64,000 bases of DNA from an uncultured Planctomycetota bacterium (GCA_963841915.1 CAWJEN010000005.1:864001-928000), one strand, 5' to 3'. Shown: positions 1-8,720, counted from the stretch's first letter. A program made the numbers and translations. The notes: generated by a model not told the origin, from the letters alone.

Positions 1-1
1 A

Positions 2-655
2 AGCCTGTTCGACCACCTCGACACGGGCCGCTACACCATCCTGCCCAACACCGCCGGCTGCTTCAGCGCCGACGACGCCGTCCGCGTCAGCCTGCTCGGC
101 CGCGAACTGCTCGAAAAACAAGGCAACGCCGGCGCGGGCTGGGTCAAACTCGAGGTGCTCGGAGACAAGAAGACCCTCCTGCCCGACCCGCACGGCACGC
201 TCGAAGCCACGAAGGAACTGGTGAAGGAGGGCTTCACCGTCCTGGCCTACACGAGCGACGACCCGATCGCGGCCCTTCGCCTCAAGGAGGCCGGGGCCGC
301 CAGCGTGATGCCCGCCGGCAGCCCGATCGGCAGCGGCCAGGGCGTGCTCAACCCGCTCAACATCAGCCTCTGCCTCGAACTGCTCAAGGAGGGCGACGCG
401 AGCTACCCCGTGATCGTCGATGCCGGCGTCGGCACGCCCAGCGACGTCGCGATCGCCATGGAGTGCGGCGCCGACGGCGTCCTGCTCAACACCGGCATCG
501 CCCACGCGACCGACCCGGTCACGATGGCCACCGCCATGCGCCACGCGCTGCTCGCCGGCTACCACGGCGCCCGCGCCGGCCGCATCCCGAAGAAGCGCTA
601 CGCGACGGCCAGCAGCCCGATGCAGGGGACGATCGGGTACATTCCGGGGGAATGA
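2..655 (+). CDS. thiG: Thiazole synthase, 5' truncated by the window edge
   Basis: Frame open from the window start: [76 protein letters not shown]. Confidence 0.97.
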   Translation, partial: SLFDHLDTGRYTILPNTAGCFSADDAVRVSLLGRELLEKQGNAGAGWVKLEVLGDKKTLLPDPHGTLEATKELVKEGFTVLAYTSDDPIAALRLKEAGAASVMPAGSPIGSGQGVLNPLNISLCLELLKEGDASYPVIVDAGVGTPSDVAIAMECGADGVLLNTGIAHATDPVTMATAMRHALLAGYHGARAGRIPKKRYATASSPMQGTIGYIPGE

Positions 656-723
656 GTGCGGTGTTGAGCGCGACCATCTTTGTCGCAGCGTCAAAGGCTG
701 GAACGTGATGTGCGGAGAAAGCG

Positions 724-1203
724 GTGTTCCAAATTGGCTACATCCTCAACGGTTCCGGATGGGCGACTGCTTCCGTCAGCGACGGAGACGCCTCGATCGA
801 CATGAATGTCTCGTATCTGAGTGATGGTCTTGGTGACTTTGCACGCGCCGCGCGAGGGACCCTCCGCGGCATGAACGAGACGACGTTCAACTTTGAACAG
901 GAACCGGGGGAACATCGGTTCATCGTGACGCGGGAAGGCGGCAATGTGCAAGTTGAGATCTATCGGTTTGCCGACACCTTCTCGCGTTCGCGAGCGGGTG
1001 AGCTGGTCATGGTCGCCAGATGCACGCTTCGGGAGTTCGCGAACACGTGCATTAACTGCCTACGCCACGTCTTGGATGAGCACGGGGAAGCGGGCTACCG
1101 CCAAATGTGGAAGAGTCACGACTTTCCGATCCGGGAGTACCGTGATCTGCTGTCGCTCCGACGCGAATTGCCATCGGTGGAGGATGAGGTGAGTTCGGGA
1201 TAG
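724..1203 (+). CDS. Hypothetical protein, 159 aa (array cargo 1)
   Basis: Clean ORF with GGAG upstream of GTG; globular-looking sequence (GSGWA...SYLSDGLGDF...FEQEPGEHRF); composition less GC-rich than thiG. Confidence 0.8.
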   Translation: MFQIGYILNGSGWATASVSDGDASIDMNVSYLSDGLGDFARAARGTLRGMNETTFNFEQEPGEHRFIVTREGGNVQVEIYRFADTFSRSRAGELVMVARCTLREFANTCINCLRHVLDEHGEAGYRQMWKSHDFPIREYRDLLSLRRELPSVEDEVSSG

Positions 1204-1210
1204 GCCTCAG

Positions 1211-1557
1211 CCCAGCTTACAACTGATGGCGGACGCCGAAGGCGGCGAAGCGGGTCCGCTGCCCCGCATGACGACCACCCCCACCACCCCCACCACCCCG
1301 GAGCACGACGCCCGCATCGCGGGGATGACGTTCGCCGCCGCCGATCCGCACGACGTCGCGAAGGTCGAGACGAAGGGCCGGACGGTCGCGGAGCGGCGCG
1401 AGGTTCTCGCCCGGCCGAACGGCCACGCCGAGGCCGACCTGCGGCGGCTGAAACGCAGCGAGGCCACGCCGCCCGCGCCGGCCGCATCCCGAAGAAGCGC
1501 TACGCAACGGCCAGCAGCCCGATGCAGGGGACGATCGGGTACATTCCGGGGGAGTAG
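1211..1557 (+). repeat. Spacer unit 1: REP arm remnant + DUF2200 5' remnant + copy of thiG 3' end (1464-1557)
   Basis: 1464-1557 matches thiG 562-655 with 5 mismatches by manual alignment; 1268-1450 translates to MTTTPTTPTTPEHDARIAGMTFAAADPHDVAKVETKGRTVAE, resembling the DUF2200 N-terminus. Confidence 0.9.
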
Positions 1558-1559
1558 CA

Positions 1560-1916
1560 ATGACATCGCTCCAAAATGCTTCAGCTTCAGAAGAAGGCGT
1601 CATTGGTTCCGATGCGGCGCGGCGTATGTTTCTGATCGCGGTCGTGACCATTGTGGCGACACCAATATGGCTTTTCCTTTACCCGTCGCTCGTGAGTAGC
1701 CTGCCGCGTCCCATGCAAGGTGAGGCGGTACGCGTCCCATTCATTCTTTGCGCTGCCGCGTACCTGCTTGTTCCCGTTTTGCTTCCAGCACTCACATTGC
1801 GTCGCCCCTCATCACGCGTGCTCTGCCTGATCGTCCTCACTGTACTTGCTCTCATCTGGTACTTTGGCCTTGGCTTCGATGATCTGTTGTCAAAAGCTTG
1901 GCGACGAGGTTTATGA
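1560..1916 (+). CDS. Hypothetical membrane protein, 118 aa (array cargo 2)
   Basis: ATG 2 nt after the stop of the thiG-tail copy; about three hydrophobic helices; visibly lower GC. Confidence 0.75.
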   Translation: MTSLQNASASEEGVIGSDAARRMFLIAVVTIVATPIWLFLYPSLVSSLPRPMQGEAVRVPFILCAAAYLLVPVLLPALTLRRPSSRVLCLIVLTVLALIWYFGLGFDDLLSKAWRRGL

Positions 1917-1921
1917 GTGAA

Positions 1922-1983
1922 GTAGGGTGGGCCCCGGCCCACCATCTGGCGCGAGCGACGAGGTGGGCCGGGGCCCAACCTAC
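1922..1983. repeat. REP doublet (REPIN-like inverted pair of GTAG-type palindromes)
   Basis: GTAGGGTGGGCCCCGGCCCACC (1922-1943) and its inverted copy GGTGGGCCGGGGCCCAACCTAC (1962-1983), 1 mismatch. Confidence 0.85.
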
Positions 1984-2320
1984 AGCGGACGGCAGACGCC
2001 GGACGCGGCGGCGATGCTAATCTGCCCCGCGTGTCGACCACCCCCGCCACCCCGGAGCGCGGCGTCCGCGTCGCGGGGATAACATTCGCCGCCGTCGATC
2101 CGCGCGATGCGCGCGAAGGTCGAGACGAAGGGCCGGACGGTCGCGGAGCGGCGCGAGATCCTCGCCCGGCCGACCGGCCACGCCAAGGCCGACCTGCGGC
2201 GGCGGATCCGCAGCGTGGCCACGGCGCCCGCGCCGGCCGCATCCCGAAGCAGCGTTACGCGACGGCCAGCAGCCCGATGCAGGGTGGTGGGGGGACGATC
2301 GGGTGCATTCCGGGGAGTAA
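1974..2320 (+). repeat. Spacer unit 2: REP arm + DUF2200 5' remnant + copy of thiG 3' end (2219-2320)
   Basis: Collinear with unit 1; thiG-tail copy has several substitutions, a 9-nt insertion and a 1-nt deletion. Confidence 0.9.
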
Positions 2321-2380
2321 ATTCAGACACTTTATGTGTTCGAGGATGACACCTGATGGCTGAAATCAAGGCAGGTAACC

Positions 2381-2701
2381 ATGAAAGGCACCAACTTACT
2401 TCTGTCTTTTGGCGGAGCTTTCGCCCTCGGTTCTATAATTGCGACGGCCATCGGCCTTACGCTTGTTCTTCCTGCAGCACGTGAGGCGTGGCAAGTCAAT
2501 ATTGACAGCGACGCGTATAGAGGCATCCAAGGTGCAATGGTAGAGGTGGAGCAGTCCGCAGTAGAGGGCGACTGCGAAAAGGCCGCCGCTCAGCTCAAGG
2601 TGTTCAACGACCGCTTCGCAGAGTACCGTGAGGGTGGCCCAATCCCCGCAGACTGGTATCAGGACGTCATCTCTGCGCAACCGGCGAGATCCGAGCAGTG
2701 A
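2381..2701 (+). CDS. Hypothetical membrane-anchored or exported protein, 106 aa (array cargo 3)
   Basis: ATG start, N-terminal hydrophobic segment, lower GC; its stop codon overlaps the GTGAAGTAGGG REP boundary. Confidence 0.75.
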   Translation: MKGTNLLLSFGGAFALGSIIATAIGLTLVLPAAREAWQVNIDSDAYRGIQGAMVEVEQSAVEGDCEKAAAQLKVFNDRFAEYREGGPIPADWYQDVISAQPARSEQ

Positions 2702-2702
2702 A

Positions 2703-2724
2703 GTAGGGTGGGCCCCGGCCCACC
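2703..2724 (+). repeat. Single GTAG-type REP palindrome
   Basis: Identical to 1922-1943, including flanks (GTGAA... ...ATC). Confidence 0.85.
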
Positions 2725-2839
2725 ATCGGTGGCGGGCGACGTGGTGGGGGTGTCGGGGTCGGGGCGTCACAGACACGGGTTGTCCGCATCAGAATGCGGC
2801 TCAATCCGTGACACCAGGCGAGAGGCCGAGGGACTCGGC

Positions 2840-3085
2840 CGTTCGAACGTGATTCGTGCTCAATCGACAACGGAAGGAGGACCTTCGACAACGGCTTTCG
2901 ATCGTTGAATGTTTGCGGTCCAGCCTTAGATAAACGTTGTCGCACGTTGGAACACGCCGTTCGAGCCTTTGAAACCGGCGGTCGCACGTTGGAAAGCGAC
3001 GGTCGAACCTTCGAACGAGCTTTTCGCACGTTGGAACGTTTCTTTCGAAGGTTGGAAACTCACGTTCGGAGGTTCGAAAGTGCGA
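2840..3085. repeat. Degenerate tandem repeat, 21-nt period, about 11 units
   Basis: Recurrent CGCACGTTGGAA / GAACCTTCGAA cores every 21 nt; + frame reads heptads TLEHAVR AFETGGR TLESDGR TFERAFR TLERFFR RLETHVR. Confidence 0.75.
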
Positions 3086-3459
3086 GTTCTCGGACCCCGC
3101 ATCGCGTTGGCGCTGCGTCAGGGCGGTTTCGAGCAAAATCACGCCTCGACTTAAGCGGTCCGGTGGCGGGGTCGATGGCTCGGTTGGGGTGGGTCGGCGA
3201 CGATTCAACGTCCGCTTCGGCATGGCCCCCCCCACCCCCACCAACTCCACGCTCCGCGGGACGACCGCAGCCGTGACCGACCACGTGCAGCCCGTGAAGC
3301 TCGCGGCGTAGTGGTCGGGGATGAGCGCAGCTGAAACCTCATTCACTCGGCCGACCGTTGCAGGCCTGATCAGGCGTTCGACGCACGGTCGAGAGTGAGG
3401 CAAGGCCAGGCTATTCCCTGCAACATGCACGGCGGCGGCGGTTGCGGTAACGTGAACCC

Positions 3460-5631
3460 ATGGGCTTTCCGCAGTTGCTCAACCCGACAGCCGCTCTTAT
3501 CGCTGCGGCGATTGCGGTGCCCCTGCTTCTGTTGCTCTACTTCCTGAAGCTCAGGCGGTCGCCGGCTCCGGTGTCATCGACGCTTCTGTGGAAGCGCAGC
3601 GTCGAAGACCTGCAGGTCAACGCGCCGTTCCAGTGGATCCGCCGGAACCTTTTGCTGTTGTTGCAGCTTCTGGTTCTGCTGGCGTTGTTGCTGGCGCTCG
3701 CACGGCCGGTCGGTGATGCGGCTCAACAGGCGGGGGAGCGATCGATCCTGCTCATCGACCGCAGTGCCAGCATGAACGCCGATGACGGTAACGGCGGCAC
3801 GCGGCTCGACGAAGCCAAGGAGCGGGCCAAGGGCGTCGTTGACACGATGCGTCGCGGCGACCAGGCGATGGTCATTGCCTTCAGCGACGACACCGGCACC
3901 AGCCCGGTCCAGAAGTTCACCGAGTCGGCCGGCCAGATCAAGGACGCCATCGACGGCATCGAGCCGAGCGATCGCCTCACGAAGCCGGCTGCCGCCTACA
4001 AGCAGGCCAACGCGTCGTCTTCCTTCATGGACGTGCGGCTGCGGCCCGACGAGTTGCAGGCGGCGACGGTCTTCCTGTTCAGCGACGGCCGCGTGAGCGA
4101 GGCTGACATCGGCGAATTGTCGATCCGCGGCGAACTGCGGTACGAGCGGCTCGGCACGCCGACAGCGAAGAACCTGGCCGTCGTCGCGGCGAGCGTTAAA
4201 CGCAACTACGAGCGGCCCGACGAGGCGCAAGTCTTCGCCCGCGTCGCCAACTTCGGCGACACGTACGAGAAGGCGAACCTGCGGGTCAGCGTCGCAGCGA
4301 TCAACGAGGACGGGACGCTCGGCGACTTCGAACCGACGGCCAGCGGGCCGGTGCGTGTCTCGCTGCCGCCCAAGCGGTGGACGGACGCGGCGTGGCGGGA
4401 GGCGGCGGAGGAAACCAACGCCGAGGCACTCGCCGCCGCCGACCGTCAGCTCGCCGAAGACCCGCCGCGCGAAGGCGTTGATGTCCGTTTGTCGCTGCCG
4501 GTGGCGAGCGTGGTGCGGGTCGAGATCGTCGACGACCAGGGTCGTCCCGTGGAGGATGCGCTCAAGGCTGATGACGAGGCCTACGTCGTCGTTCCGCCGC
4601 CCGAGCCGTTGCGGGTGTTGCTGGTCACGCGTGGCACGTACTGGCTTCGGCTGCTCGTCGAGACGCAACGTCTTGACGACCCGAAGATCGTTTCGCCCGC
4701 CGAGTACGAAGCACTGCTCGCCGACGGCGGCGACGACGGGGCGGCCACGTACGACGTGACGATCTTCGACAACTATCAGCCGACGGCGTTGCCCGAGGCC
4801 GGCACGTTCGTCTTCAGCGGGCAGCTTCCACCGGAGGGGGCAACGGAAATCGAGGCGATCACGGGTGACGACGGCGTTGCACTCTTCTACGAAGGCAGCG
4901 GCGTCCTCGACTGGGACCGCGACCACCCGATGCTGGCAGGGCTCAACCTCAACCGTTTGTGGGCGGCAGAGGGGCGTCGGGTCCCGGTCCCGACGGCTGC
5001 TGAAATGCTCATCGAAGGTGTCGACGGTCCGATGGCCATCCTGGAGCGTCTTGGCCGCCGAACGAACCTTGTCTTCACCTTTGATCTGGCTCAAAGCAAC
5101 TGGCCACGGCACCGGACCTTTCCGATCTTCTTTTACCTGGCCTTTGAGTACTTCACACAGAGCGGCGACGTCGGGACACGCGAGTCGTTCCGCCCGGGCG
5201 AAGTCGTGGCGGTGCCTCCCGTAGCCCTGGAGCGGGCGGACGTTGAGGACGGTGTGGCGTTGCTGGGGCCGAACGGCTCGCGGCTGACGGCCCGTGTCGA
5301 TTCAACGGGGGGCCTGACGCTGGGGCCGCTGCCGACGGTCGGTTTGTACCGCACGCAGCCGCCGGTGCCGGGCTTCGAGCAGATTGCCGTCAGCCTGCTC
5401 GACGCGAACGAGAGCAACCTGCTGCCGGGCGCAACGGATCCTGGGAACCTGTCTGCCAGCGACGAGACGACCGGAGCCGCCGCCTACGCCTCGGCAGCCG
5501 GCCTGGCGGAGGACGCGTCACCCGATGATTCGGCCGTCGGCTACGCCGAATGGTGGTGGTGGCTCGTCGCCGCAGGCGTGGGAATGTTGATGATCGAGTG
5601 GTTCGTGTACACGCGGCGGGTCGGCGGGTGA
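3460..5631 (+). CDS. BatA and vWA domain membrane protein
   Basis: N-terminal BatA motif (LLLLYFLKLRR...SSTLLW), MIDAS DRSASM, C-terminal SLLDANESNL plus TM helix. Confidence 0.9.
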   Translation: MGFPQLLNPTAALIAAAIAVPLLLLLYFLKLRRSPAPVSSTLLWKRSVEDLQVNAPFQWIRRNLLLLLQLLVLLALLLALARPVGDAAQQAGERSILLIDRSASMNADDGNGGTRLDEAKERAKGVVDTMRRGDQAMVIAFSDDTGTSPVQKFTESAGQIKDAIDGIEPSDRLTKPAAAYKQANASSSFMDVRLRPDELQAATVFLFSDGRVSEADIGELSIRGELRYERLGTPTAKNLAVVAASVKRNYERPDEAQVFARVANFGDTYEKANLRVSVAAINEDGTLGDFEPTASGPVRVSLPPKRWTDAAWREAAEETNAEALAAADRQLAEDPPREGVDVRLSLPVASVVRVEIVDDQGRPVEDALKADDEAYVVVPPPEPLRVLLVTRGTYWLRLLVETQRLDDPKIVSPAEYEALLADGGDDGAATYDVTIFDNYQPTALPEAGTFVFSGQLPPEGATEIEAITGDDGVALFYEGSGVLDWDRDHPMLAGLNLNRLWAAEGRRVPVPTAAEMLIEGVDGPMAILERLGRRTNLVFTFDLAQSNWPRHRTFPIFFYLAFEYFTQSGDVGTRESFRPGEVVAVPPVALERADVEDGVALLGPNGSRLTARVDSTGGLTLGPLPTVGLYRTQPPVPGFEQIAVSLLDANESNLLPGATDPGNLSASDETTGAAAYASAAGLAEDASPDDSAVGYAEWWWWLVAAGVGMLMIEWFVYTRRVGG

Positions 5632-5636
5632 GGGGT

Positions 5637-7364
5637 TTAGTCCGCAGCGGATAATCCTGCCTCCTGCCGGTACTCTGCCAGCTCCGCCGGGTCGCTGATC
5701 GTTCGCAAGCTGCCGTCGCCGAAGCCGACGAAGACGGGGGTGCCCTGGCTGGTCTCGGACATGTCGGCGCTGAAGAGGACCGGCCCGAAGGTCGCCCGCG
5801 GCGACTTCGGGTCGAAGGGTGGCGGCGGGACATACACCATCGTCGGCGGCAGGTTTTTCAACTTCCGCAGTGATGGGGCGGAGGCGTAGATCGTCTCAAG
5901 ATCCGCCGGAAGCTCGTCGTTGTGGTCGATTTCGTACTGCCGAAACACCATCAATACCTGCCGCATGGCCGAGGCGATTGCCTGACGATCGGGATCGGCC
6001 CACGGAGTGCCGTTCATCTGTTTCTGATCGACTCTTTCTGCGACCGATTGGCCTTCGCCGCGGGTCAGAATGCGATAGCGCAGCCGGACGCCCATCACCT
6101 CGCGTCCCTCGTCCCCCTCGCCCACGTCGGTCGGGATCGCCTCGACGATTTGCAACACGCCACCCGCGCCGTGCGTCGTGCGGAACAGGTACGTCTGCGG
6201 CAAATGGTCGGCCAGCAGCGTGAAGCCCTGCAGATCGAAGCCACGTTGCCGCCAAAGCTCGGCCACCGCCTCGGCACCCGGTTCGAGATCGAACGCGGCG
6301 GCAACGGCAGGCTTGAACTCCGGACCAAATCCCCAAAGGCCCGGCGACAGTGCCTCCCAATTGATCCAGAGGTCGGTCGCCTCTCCCGTCACATCAAAAG
6401 CATCGTTGGTCAGACGATTCCGCCCAAAGGTAAGGCCCGTGTCGAGGTCGAGCTGCTCGGCATCGCCCGACTGTGGCAACAGCGTCCGCTCGATGACGAA
6501 GCCGTCTGCAGGCAGGTTTTGGGCATCCAACGCCGCGGCGCGTTCGAGGAGCGTCGGCTCTGCCGCGACCGCCTCCGCCGATTGCGTTGCGGGCTGCGTC
6601 GTCGGCTCGCCGTGCACGGCGTCGCCGACGGCCGTCAGCATCAGGCCGCCGCACGCGAGGGTCATGGTCAGTTTCAAGGTCATCGAGGCTCCGGTGGTCA
6701 GTGGAAGAGACGACGCGCTGCCGAGCGTCATCGCCCGGCAGGCGGCGAGGGTTGCAGGCGACGCGGCGGTCGAGGCGTGACGCAGCAGGGCAGACGCCAA
6801 TATCACGGCGGGCAGTTCGACGCCGCGCGACGCCAGCTTGCGACGCAGGCTCTCCAGCGCCCGCGACACCCGCTGCCTCGCAGCAGGGGAGGAGCAGTCA
6901 AGTTCCCGCGCTACCTCGACCGTCGGCATCTGCTCGAAGTATCGCAGCACCAACACCCGACGGTGAGCCGCCGGCAGCGTCGCCAGTGCGTCATCGAGAA
7001 CACCTTTGAGTTCCTGCCACGCGAGTGCTTCTGCCGGGTCGCTGCCGACGAAATCGATCGTGGCCCGATGCTCGTGGTACGTGCGACGCCTTTGCCGCTT
7101 CTGATGGTTTCGCGCCAGGTTCCGCACGGTCGCCAGCAGCCACGCAGACAAGCCACCTGGCCGCGAGGCTGCCCGATCCGCTGCCGACGGGCGCCGAAGC
7201 AGAACGAGAAAGGTCGCCTGCGTCAGGTCGTCCGCCGCGTCCGGTGCCAGCCGCATCGCGGCCGCGTGGACGAGGTGCACGTGCCGTTCAACACGCTCGG
7301 TGAAGTTGGTCTCGCACGCGGTTGCCACAACCTCCCAATGCACGGTCGGCCTGTTGTGTGACAT
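5637..7364 (-). CDS. ECF RNA polymerase sigma factor with long C-terminal extension
   Basis: Sigma region 2 (ADDLTQATFLVL...WLLATVRN) and region 4 (LVLRYFEQ...RVSRALESLRRKL), TM segment, extracytoplasmic extension. Confidence 0.88.
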   Translation of the reverse strand: MSHNRPTVHWEVVATACETNFTERVERHVHLVHAAAMRLAPDAADDLTQATFLVLLRRPSAADRAASRPGGLSAWLLATVRNLARNHQKRQRRRTYHEHRATIDFVGSDPAEALAWQELKGVLDDALATLPAAHRRVLVLRYFEQMPTVEVARELDCSSPAARQRVSRALESLRRKLASRGVELPAVILASALLRHASTAASPATLAACRAMTLGSASSLPLTTGASMTLKLTMTLACGGLMLTAVGDAVHGEPTTQPATQSAEAVAAEPTLLERAAALDAQNLPADGFVIERTLLPQSGDAEQLDLDTGLTFGRNRLTNDAFDVTGEATDLWINWEALSPGLWGFGPEFKPAVAAAFDLEPGAEAVAELWRQRGFDLQGFTLLADHLPQTYLFRTTHGAGGVLQIVEAIPTDVGEGDEGREVMGVRLRYRILTRGEGQSVAERVDQKQMNGTPWADPDRQAIASAMRQVLMVFRQYEIDHNDELPADLETIYASAPSLRKLKNLPPTMVYVPPPPFDPKSPRATFGPVLFSADMSETSQGTPVFVGFGDGSLRTISDPAELAEYRQEAGLSAAD

Positions 7365-7451
7365 TCGCTCGGCTGGAGGCGCGTGAATCCTGCCGGGCTT
7401 GATTTTCCGCCAAATGTTCGACCGGGGGCTGAATTCGTTCGAGGCTGCCCG

Positions 7452-8720
7452 TCAGAACCGCGTCGGCGAAAACGCCTCGACTGGCACGTGCGTCGGCTCG
7501 TCGCTCAAGATCTCCCGGACCAGGCGACCCGTGCCGGTGGCGAGCGAGAGGCCGAGCATGTTGTGACCGGCGGCCAGGACCACGTTCTTCAGGCCCGGCA
7601 CGCGGCCGATCATCGGCAGGCTGTCCGGCGTCATTGGTCGCCAGCCGAACCAACGCTCTGCCACCGGCGCTTCGGCCGACGGCTTAAGGTACTTGTCGCT
7701 GGCACGCTTCAAGTTCGCCAGCCGACGCTCGTTCATCGTCGTGTCATAGCCGGCAAACTCCATCGTGCTACCGACGCGGTAGCCGCTCTTCCACGGCGTG
7801 ACAGCGACATGATCCTCCTCGAAGATCATCGGCAATCGCGGGCAGTACGTCGGCCGCTTCGTCGTATAGCTGTAGCCCTTGCCCGGCTGAATCGGCAGAT
7901 TCAGCTCGAGCTTGAGCGTCTTCTTCAGCAGCGGCGTCATGGCACCGGTCGCCACCACAAACGCGTCCGCCCGTAAGTCGCCTTCGGTCGTTTCTGCGGT
8001 CGTCCACGCGCCACCGTCATGACGCATGCCGCTCAATTCGCGTCGCTCGAGAAGCACGACGCCCTTGGCTTCCAGCACGCGCCGCAGAGCAACCATCAGC
8101 TTGTCGGGTCGCAGGTGCGCGTTGCGCGGGAACGTCCACGCGCCGGAGATGGCCTCGGGTTTGAGTGCCGGCTCGGAGGCGACGAGTGCGTCGCGGTCGA
8201 GTCGCTCGGTGACCAAGCCGTACCGTTCGAGCAACAGGTCCGCCGTTTTCGAGAAGCTGTCGTGGGCGGCCTCGGTCTCGTAGATGTATTGCAGGCCACC
8301 TTGCTCGAAGTCGCAGTCGATGCCGTACGTCTCGATGATCTGCGTGTACAGATCGCGCGAGCTTTCGAGCAGCGGGTGCAGGGCGCTCGCTGCGGCCAGC
8401 ATGTCGCGCTTATTGCACCGCCGCATGAACCGCCATAGCCACGCGATCAGCGTCGGATCGAGGCGTGGTTTGATGTAGAGCGCGTTTGACGGGAACAGCG
8501 ACTTGAGCGCGTTCTGCCGAATCGCGCCGGGCCTGGCCAGCGGCAGGGCGTGGCTGGGGCAGACGTAGCCGCAGTTGCCGTGACTGCAGGCGGCGCCGAA
8601 GGTGCTGCGGTCGAGGATGGCGACGCTTTGGCCGGTCTGTGCGAGTTCCAGCGCGCAACACGCACCTATCACACCACCGCCGATGATGCAGACGTCGAAG
8701 CGGTCATGGGCGTCATTCAT
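7452..8720 (-). CDS. FAD-dependent D-amino acid dehydrogenase (probable D-hydroxyproline dehydrogenase)
   Basis: GGGVIG Rossmann motif, CSHGNCG, GKGYS, WFGWRPMTPDSLPMIG, AAGHNMLGLSL; operon context. Confidence 0.88.
   Translation of the reverse strand: MNDAHDRFDVCIIGGGVIGACCALELAQTGQSVAILDRSTFGAACSHGNCGYVCPSHALPLARPGAIRQNALKSLFPSNALYIKPRLDPTLIAWLWRFMRRCNKRDMLAAASALHPLLESSRDLYTQIIETYGIDCDFEQGGLQYIYETEAAHDSFSKTADLLLERYGLVTERLDRDALVASEPALKPEAISGAWTFPRNAHLRPDKLMVALRRVLEAKGVVLLERRELSGMRHDGGAWTTAETTEGDLRADAFVVATGAMTPLLKKTLKLELNLPIQPGKGYSYTTKRPTYCPRLPMIFEEDHVAVTPWKSGYRVGSTMEFAGYDTTMNERRLANLKRASDKYLKPSAEAPVAERWFGWRPMTPDSLPMIGRVPGLKNVVLAAGHNMLGLSLATGTGRLVREILSDEPTHVPVEAFSPTRF

Noticed and set aside
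1226..1699. 157-aa ORF spanning spacer 1 (and 2031-2363 in spacer 2)
   Set aside because: Read-through of the DUF2200 remnant into the thiG tail; the frame is not conserved between the two units, so treated as repeat/pseudogene sequence.
562..2320. Diversity-generating retroelement TR/VR pair (gene 3' end plus near-identical copy)
   Set aside because: Mismatches are not confined to adenines of one copy, indels are present, and there is no reverse transcriptase in the window.
562..3085. CRISPR array or classical integron interpretation of the repeats
   Set aside because: Repeat units are about 350 bp with gene-sized inserts; no cas or intI gene in the window; no clear RYYYAAC...GTTRRRY attC ends seen.
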